Source of the DNA: Vicinamibacteria bacterium
GTDB lineage: Bacteria; Acidobacteriota; Vicinamibacteria; Marinacidobacterales; Marinacidobacteraceae
NCBI GenBank assembly: GCA_965116805.1
Contig: OZ220713.1
Span: 145,724 to 209,723 of the forward strand
Direction of reading: 5' to 3'
DNA: 64,000 bases
Shown here: positions 58,176 to 64,000 of the stretch, one piece after another
Numbering within the stretch: the stretch's first letter is position 1
Layout: each line of letters starts with the position of its first letter
Program-made: the position numbers and the translations under genes
Notes under the pieces: generated by a model
Told to the model about the DNA's origin: nothing
The model's database searches: none
Seen by the model: the letters and a program-made list of their open reading frames with translations, nothing else

Positions 58176-60254
58176 TCATATCTGGCCGGCTTCCCGCGCG
58201 CGCCAGTAGGGGCGGTCGCGGGGGAGGTAGTGTGGCTTGAGATAGACGCGGGTGGCGGGCTGCGCGTTGGTCCCGTCGTAGGGGAGGATGATCGCCTGGC
58301 AGTTCTCGAGGAGGGAGAAGGCGCGGGAGTGGAAGAGCGGCTCCCGCTGCTCGCGGTAGGACTTCGAGGTGCCGAGGGTGCCTTTCGCCCCGCCGGCGCG
58401 GGCGGTGATGACCGAGAAGCCGGGCTTGGCGGACTCCGTGAAGGAGTAGGAGGGGGAGAGCCGGAGCACCTTGCCGCACATGTTGGACGCCAGCTCGGCG
58501 CTGCTGTCGTCGCTCAGCGACAGGAAGACCTTGGTCCGGAGGGTCTGGAGGAGCGTGCGCCAGGCGTCCTGTCCCGACAGCACGCTCTTGAGCGAGCTGA
58601 TGGACTGGGTGGCGACGATCGGGATGACGCGGGACTGGCGGGTGAGGGCGAAGGCCTTTTCGTCGCCGGCGGGGTCGTCCTCTCCCACGGACGCGAAGCT
58701 CTGGTATTCGTCGCAGAGGAACACGGCGGGGCGGAAGTAGCGGTTGGGGTTGAGCTTGATCTGCGCCGGGCGGGCGAGGAGCGTCTGGAGCCAGGCGTTC
58801 TTCAGCAGGACGCCCTCGGTGCGTGCGAGGGCGGGGTTGGCTCCGGCCGGCATGTTGAGGGCGATGACCTTGCCCGACTCGATGAGTTGCTGGAGCGGCG
58901 GGAGGCGTTGGAGGAGGCCGGTGGCGACGGGCGTCGTCGCGCCCGGTGGGGGCGACGGGAGGTCGTGGGGGACGGGCGCCGCGGGCGGCGGCGGTGGCGG
59001 GCAGAACACTCGGGCCACATCCGGGAGGTCGAACATGGAGAGGAAAACGCTCACACCTTCCACGATGGAGGTCCGGAGCTTGGTATCGAGCTGGAGCCAG
59101 TCGTAGTGGTACCAGCGCTCGATGGCGGCGACGCGCTGGGCATGCTCGCTCGGCGGGCGGTAACTCGCCTCGACGGTGGCCTCGACCCCGACGGACCTGA
59201 GGGAATCGAGCAGCTCCTCGTCATAGGGGACCCGGATGCCGTCGCCGTCGTCGCTGGCGGGTTGCCACGGGTATTCGAGCAGGCCGTCGTCGCGTTTGCG
59301 GAGAATGTCGTGCCTCGAAGCGACGATGTAGTAGGTGGGCGGGGGGCCGTCGAGCGCCTTGGCCTGTTCGATCTTCTGGCCGATGCGCTGGGGGTCAATG
59401 GCGCAGTGATAGAGGTCCTGGAACGTCACCCACTGGTCGGGGAGCGCCCGGTGGAGTTCGATCAGCCAGCGGATGAGGTTGGTGTACGCCTGCTGCCAGA
59501 AGGGCTCCTTGCTCTTGCCGAAGAGCTGGTTGAGCAGCGAGGCGACGGTGTAGGCGAGCGAGTAGCTGTCCAGGGAGGACGCGAGGGGGTTCCACTGCCA
59601 GCGGCCCCCGAGGGCGAGTTCGATGTAGTCGTCGCCCCGGCCGGCGTCTTCCAGGTCCGCGCGGATGTCGTGGCAGAAGTCGCCCTTGACTTCGAGGACG
59701 AGAGCGGCGGCCCGCTTCTGCGGGTCCGCGGACTGCCACGAGAGGAGCTGCTGCGCGAAGGGCCGCATGCAGGCGGAGGTCTTGCCGGTCCCGACGGCGC
59801 CGAAGACGGCGATCCCGGTATACAGGCCGCGCTCGGGGAGCGTGAGCCAGGAAGGCCGGGTGATTTCGCGGGGCTCGGTGGGATGGTGGAACTCCCCGAC
59901 CACGAGAGAAAGAGAGTTGTCGGCGGGCGAGGTGGGCCAGGGCGGCAGGGTGCCGCGGCCGAAGCGGCGGTCCCGCGTGCGGGAACCGAACCAGAGGCGG
60001 TAGGAGCTGGTGACGACCATGACGCCGATGAAGGCCATGACCGACGGCATGAGGAGATGCCAGGTGCGGATGACCGCGTAGAAGCCGGGGTCTTCGAAGG
60101 CGATGAGGTCGAGGATGGGAACGTCGCCGGGCGCGGGGAAAGGGCGCGCCACGGCGGACCACGCGAGCACAACGCACGCGAGAAAGAAGGCGACGACGAC
60201 CCGCCAGCTGAGAAGTCGGTTGGCCGCTTCGGCGGCGCCAGCGAAGCGGTTCAA
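58176..60254 (-). CDS. Type IV secretion coupling protein-like ATPase (VirD4/TraG/TraD family)
   Basis: Two N-terminal TM helices. Walker A 'GIAVFGAVGTGKTSACMRP'. 'VFLCDEYQSF' (Walker B-like). 'QTLRTKVFL'. The start is uncertain (TTG at 60254 proposed). The first 150 codons of the 841-aa ORF are low-complexity and overlap repeat DNA. Confidence 0.6.
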   Translation of the reverse strand: MNRFAGAAEAANRLLSWRVVVAFFLACVVLAWSAVARPFPAPGDVPILDLIAFEDPGFYAVIRTWHLLMPSVMAFIGVMVVTSSYRLWFGSRTRDRRFGRGTLPPWPTSPADNSLSLVVGEFHHPTEPREITRPSWLTLPERGLYTGIAVFGAVGTGKTSACMRPFAQQLLSWQSADPQKRAAALVLEVKGDFCHDIRADLEDAGRGDDYIELALGGRWQWNPLASSLDSYSLAYTVASLLNQLFGKSKEPFWQQAYTNLIRWLIELHRALPDQWVTFQDLYHCAIDPQRIGQKIEQAKALDGPPPTYYIVASRHDILRKRDDGLLEYPWQPASDDGDGIRVPYDEELLDSLRSVGVEATVEASYRPPSEHAQRVAAIERWYHYDWLQLDTKLRTSIVEGVSVFLSMFDLPDVARVFCPPPPPPAAPVPHDLPSPPPGATTPVATGLLQRLPPLQQLIESGKVIALNMPAGANPALARTEGVLLKNAWLQTLLARPAQIKLNPNRYFRPAVFLCDEYQSFASVGEDDPAGDEKAFALTRQSRVIPIVATQSISSLKSVLSGQDAWRTLLQTLRTKVFLSLSDDSSAELASNMCGKVLRLSPSYSFTESAKPGFSVITARAGGAKGTLGTSKSYREQREPLFHSRAFSLLENCQAIILPYDGTNAQPATRVYLKPHYLPRDRPYWRAREAGQI
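60081..60152. repeat. Direct repeat copy A (about 70 bp, about 90% identical to 60372..60445) within the 5' region of the coupling-protein gene
   Basis: CGGGGTCTTCGAAGGCGATGAGGTCGAGGATGGGAACGTCGCCGGGCGCGGGGAAAGGGCGC versus CGGGGATCTTCGAGGGCGATGAGGTCGAGGACCGGAACGTCGCCGGGCGCGGGGAATGCGCC. Both encode ..FPAPGDVP(I/V)LDLIA(F/L)EDP.. on the minus strand. Confidence 0.6.
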
Positions 60255-60371
60255 GGGAAGAGCGGCAGCCCGGCCGGCGGCGTGGCGGAGGAGCGCGGCG
60301 TGGCGGACGACGGCGCAGCCGAAGGAGAGGGTGACGCAGGCCGGTGCCGCGTAGTGCCACGCCCAAGCACC

Positions 60372-60445
60372 CCGGAGGCGCGGGGATCTTCGAGGGCGAT
60401 GAGGTCGAGGACCGGAACGTCGCCGGGCGCGGGGAATGCGCCGTA
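60372..60445. repeat. Direct repeat copy B (partner of 60081..60152)
   Basis: See copy A. Confidence 0.6.
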
Positions 60446-60462
60446 GCGGAGCGTGAGGCAGG

Positions 60463-60572
60463 GCGCGTCGAGGGCCGCGGTGATGGGGACGACGAGGCGC
60501 GTGGGCCGGGTTCTCGAGGTACTCCACGAGGACCGGCGCGCGGGTGGTGCCGTCATCCCGAAGTTGCCTTCC
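60463..60572. repeat. Left copy of an about 105-bp imperfect inverted repeat flanking the IS110-family region
   Basis: The reverse complement of 60470..60570 aligns at about 85-88% with 62158..62265 (..GATCCCTGCGGGAAGGCAA.T.CGGGATGA...CCACCCGCGC...GTGGAGT.CCTCGAG.A.CCGGCCCACGCGCCTCGT). Confidence 0.6.
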
Positions 60573-60871
60573 CGCAGGGATCAGTCGCGCCGTCGGCGCG
60601 GGCAGGGAGCGACCTCCGACACCTAGCAGAAGGGCTAGCCTGAATGCGGGTTTCGGGACCGTAGATCGGCCGATCGGAGGGGGGTCGCTTGTCTCTTCCA
60701 TACTTGGCGATTCCGGCCCGATTCACGGGTCGGGGACGGTGGTCGGATCGCGGGGTCGCATGGCCGTAAGGGGCCGCTAGGGAGTCCTGATCGCCACCGT
60801 CCTTCCTCCGTCCTGAATGGATACTCGAGCATCGAGGCTCGCACGACAAGCACAGGAAAAGGGAAGAACCC

Positions 60872-61828
60872 ATGAACAGCATCCTTCGCACCGTCGGGAT
60901 CGACATCTCCAAGGACTGGTTCGACGCCTTCGCCGCACCCGAGGGCGGGACAGCCCGGTTCTTGAACAACCGGGCTGGCTTCCGCCAGCTGATCGCCTGA
61001 ATCGGCTCCGGAGTCGACCGGATCGCGTATGAGCCCTCGGGCACCGTCCACCGAGAGCTTGAGGAGACGCTCCTGAAGGCCGGCCTCCCGCTCTATGCGA
61101 TCAACCCGTTCCAGGTGCGGTCCTTCGCCCGCTCGCTGGGGCGGCGCGCCAAGACCGATCCGGTGGACGCCCGGATGCTGGCCACCATGGCGGCGTCCGT
61201 CGAGGATCTGCGGCCGACCGAGGCGCGGTCGGAGGGGCAGCACGACCTCGCCGAACTCCAACAGATCCGGGACGGTCTGCGCCGGGATCGGGTCACCGCC
61301 ATCAACCGCGGCAAGCAGTTGCGCACCCCCGTGGGCAAGCGGCTCAACAAGCAGCGGCTGGGGCAGATCGAGCGGCAGCTGGAGGTCATCGACGCCGAGA
61401 TCCGGACGCGGCTCGCGGAGGAGAAGACCTTGCAGCGCCGGGCGGAGATCCTGACCTCCATCCCGGGCATCTCGGACATCACCGCGGCCGGTCTGGTCGT
61501 CCTGATGCCCGAGCTCGGCACGCTCACCGGCGCACGGGCCGCCAGCCTCGCGGGGCTGGCCCCGGTCACCCGGGAGTCCGGGCAGTGGAAGGGACGCGGC
61601 TTCATCCAGGGCGGCCGGCACCGGGTCCGCCGGCTGCTCTACATGCCCGCGCTGGTCGCCGCGCACCACAACCCCGGTCTCAAGCACACGTACCAGGCGC
61701 TCCTGGCTCGGGGGAAGCCGCCGAAGGTCGCCCTGACGACGGTGATGCGGAAGCTCCTCGTCCTCGCCAACGCCCTTGTGCAGCAGAACCGCACCTGGAC
61801 GGCGCTTGCCCCAGGCGCTCACGGGTGA
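60872..61828 (+). mobile_element. IS110-family transposase gene with an in-frame TGA (60998-61000) at the position of a conserved Trp; pseudogene or sequencing error
   Basis: N-terminal 'MNSILRTVGIDISKDWFDAFAAPEGGTARFLNNRAGFRQLIA*IGSGVDRIAYEPSGTVHRE' is one continuous frame with the C-terminal 'DPVDARMLA...' domain (ORF 61115..61828). IS110 transposases have ..LIAWL.. at this position, so TGG changed to TGA. Confidence 0.7.
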
Positions 61829-62027
61829 GCGTTCGGTGAGGGTATCGAGGACAGCGAGCACGGAGAGGCGGGAGCCGCTTTTGCCGCCGGTTGCGCAGCT
61901 TTCGGGGTCAGCGTTTTGCGGCAAAAGGACAGCACCCCCCTTTTGCCGCTGCTTTTGCCGCTTCCCGATCACACCGTCGTTCCCGAAAGCCGTTGTCCCC
62001 GTTGCCTTTCGGGCAGGGCATCCTCTC

Positions 62028-62059
62028 CCCCGTTCTCCGCGTTTGCGCGGAGAACGGGG
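62028..62059 (+). other. Perfect 14-bp GC-rich stem-loop (CCCCGTTCTCCGCG-TTTG-CGCGGAGAACGGGG) in the palindrome-rich region downstream of the IS110 transposase gene
   Basis: Read directly from the sequence. No T-tract follows. The surrounding 61,830-62,160 holds several further palindromes (TTTTGCCGC/GCGGCAAAA, CCCGAAAGG/CCTTTCGGG). Confidence 0.5.
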
Positions 62060-62157
62060 CGGGGAGCGACCCCCCTCCATCTTCGGGATGGACGGCCCGG
62101 AAACGGGCGGCTTTTGCCGCCCCTTTTGCCGCTTTGGGGGTCGCTCCCCGGCCGCGC

Positions 62158-62265
62158 CTGCGGCGCGAGTGATCCCTGCGGGAAGGCAAATCCGGGATGA
62201 TCGCGCCACCCGCGCCCGGGCCCTGGTGGAGTTCCTCGAGGATCCGGCCCACGCGCCTCGTTAAC
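62158..62265. repeat. Right copy of the about 105-bp imperfect inverted repeat flanking the IS110-family region
   Basis: See left copy (60463..60572). Confidence 0.6.
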
Positions 62266-62759
62266 GGATGATCGGACTCGTTCGGAGCGGCTCCACTTGA
62301 CATGGATACTCCCTGCCCAACTCTCCGCCCCGAAGCGGAGAGTGCGGTTCGGGAGTACGCGAGCGAACCGTAGCAATGCCAACGGGTCTTGCAGGGCACG
62401 GTGGCGAGAACGGGGGTAGCGGAAGTGCTAGCGGAAGGGGGTGCTGACTTCCGCTAGTACAGACGTGGCCCCCGACGTGGCCCCGTGGGGGATGACTTAC
62501 CCGCGGGAGTCGGGCGTCCGTTCGTGAACGGCCCGGTGCGTTCGAACGGCGACCACCACCAGTTGTGACAGGTTGTTCAGGCCGAAACCGCGGGTGCTCC
62601 GTCAGCCGTCGTCGGTGCGGTGTCGGCGCGAGAAGGCGACGGGGAAGGGTCTGCCATCGGACTCGTTTTCCCGGCGGGCGACGTTCCGGGAACCGACGTG
62701 GAGTTCTCTCGTCGTGGGGTTTGGCGGGGGTGTCGACCACAGGGGGACCTCCGGCTGGG

Positions 62760-63811
62760 TTAGAGAGCGAGCATGTCGGGAGCGAGGCGTTCAGCGACGT
62801 GAGTGGAGTAGGCGTCGATGCACTTCGCCGGCCCACGGGCGTCGCTAATGCGCTGCTCGATGCGCAGCGCGCGTCTGCCCGCTTCGAGCCAGCCGCCGTG
62901 CCTGTCGAGCTGCGAGAAATCGCCGGTGGAGTTGGCGAGCTCGACGTCATCAAGGAGTTGCTGGTCTGTTGCGGAGTGAGCAACGGCGGGCGCCGGTGGC
63001 CCGCACCATTTCTCCAGGATTGCGGCGTTCCTCGCGGCAGCGTCGTCCGTGCGGGTGACGGCAACGACGTGCACGGCGTCCCCTCGGTTACGGAGGGCTT
63101 CCCAGAGAGCAACGTGGGCGGCGGCCCAGGACCGGATGCCGGCGGACCGGGGCGGGCGCCGGTCGGCGGTGTCCGTGTAGACGAACGTCGTGGTCGTCCG
63201 ATCGCCCGCGATGGGGAGCTTCAGTGCGAAGTAGCGGTGGGTGGAGCGATCGGTACGGGGCCGCGATAGACGCGCTGGGGAAGGGTGGCGACGGGGATAC
63301 CGAGACTCTCGAAATAGGCCAGCTTCTCGGGTTCCGTGGGCAGCCAGTGGAGATCCTGGTGTTCGAGGACGTAGTCGAGCGAGAGGAGCCGGCGCATGGT
63401 GATTTCCGGGGAGGCAGGCTTGCGGTGACGGTTGTTCTCGATCCCAAGCGCGCGGTAGAGCGGGCGGGCGTGGATGTGGCAGACACCGGTCGGCCGATAG
63501 GGACGGCGATCGGGGAACCTGGCTTCGCGGGCAATCCCGGCTTCGATCAGTGCCACGGCGACCTGGTCCGCGCGCTGTCGGCAGACGCCGTAGCAGTCGG
63601 CGTACTGGCGACGGGTGAACACGCCGGAGTGGAGGCAGACCAAGGCGAGCCACTCGGCCTGCCGCTCCGTCCAGCCGAGGCCACGAAGGGTCGCGGTCCG
63701 CTCCGCGAACGTGGGGAGCGCGGTGGCGGCTGCGTCGTTCATGGGCAGGCCGGGGCGGCGAGAAGGGGCCGGAGCCGGTCCGCCCAGATGGCGACCCGCG
63801 CAGCGGTCCAC
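62760..63811 (-). pseudogene. Possible frameshifted gene for a mobile-element protein (replication/relaxation-like, wHTH N-terminus); two overlapping minus-strand ORFs 63221..63811 and 62760..63653
   Basis: The 196-aa piece ('..WLALVCLHSGVFTRRQYADCYGV..HIHARPLYRALGIENNRHRKP..RRLLSLDYVLEH..') and the C-terminal 150 aa of the 297-aa piece ('YFALKLPIAGDRTTTTFVYTDTADRRPPRSAGIRSW..') both look protein-like. They are in different frames, overlapping near 63225-63250. Confidence 0.3.
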
Positions 63812-64000
63812 GCTGCCACCGGGCTGACGATGCGGGCGACCACGCCAGCCCGGGTTTCGAGCCAGCCGTTAGGCCAGGTCCTTACGGGATTGGCGGCGTC
63901 GCGAGCGGTCGTTGCGGAGGCGGTGCCGGCTTCGAAACCGGCGTGATAGCCGACGAGCGTGTATTGCAGTGAAATCCAACGCACGAGGGCAGCATTGTAG

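Noticed and set aside
58230-60446. 738-aa plus-strand ORF over the coupling-protein gene
   Set aside because: Antisense shadow, G/R/E/D/A low complexity. The minus strand carries Walker A/B motifs of a VirD4/TraG-like ATPase.
60998-61000. Possibility that TGA encodes Trp (genetic-code reassignment) in the IS110 transposase
   Set aside because: TGA serves as a stop in many overlapping ATGA/GTGA start-stop junctions throughout the window (1078, 9779, 11332, 37958 and others). A point mutation or sequencing error is far more likely.

Overview
Roughly 70% GC bacterial chromosomal segment. OMP beta-barrels, TolB-like propellers and many Tat and lipoprotein signals point to a Gram-negative lineage. 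In this GC range nearly every long ORF has a long antisense shadow ORF, so I chose strands by residue composition and recognisable family motifs. Positions 1 to about 48,100 look like core genome. They carry housekeeping genes (dprA-topA-xerC operon, serS, mutM, pncA/pncB, a cold-shock protein) and a fused 3-hydroxyacyl-CoA dehydrogenase/enoyl-CoA hydratase. They also carry a tightly overlapped circularly-permuted ATP-grasp / alpha-E / transglutaminase triad next to an RsbW/STAS partner-switch pair. A sugar-oxidation-like cluster (DUF5916 OMP, GMC and Gfo/Idh/MocA oxidoreductases) and three Tat-exported flavoprotein oxidases are present as well. A family of GC-rich palindromic REP-like repeats occupies at least six intergenic sites. 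A tRNA cluster, Ser(TGA), Gln(CTG) and Ser(GCT), sits at 46.7 to 48.1 kb. Immediately 3' of tRNA-Ser(GCT) begins an integrated mobile element that runs past the window end (about 48.1 to beyond 64 kb), with patches of clearly lower GC. It carries a P4-type integrase, a decayed MORN-repeat paralog, an IS256 transposase remnant, an HU-like gene coupled to a secreted MORN-repeat protein, an AbiEii-like nucleotidyltransferase pair and a VirD4/TraG-like coupling ATPase. It also carries an IS110-family transposase with an in-frame TGA at a conserved Trp codon, flanked by about 105-bp inverted repeats, and a possibly frameshifted replication/relaxation-like gene. The most interesting item is a low-GC two-gene cassette in this element: a C-terminal HEPN-motif protein next to a divergent class-III nucleotidyl-cyclase-like protein, which I propose as a candidate cyclic-nucleotide (Pycsar-like) anti-phage module with a HEPN effector. 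That architecture is, as far as I know, not described.
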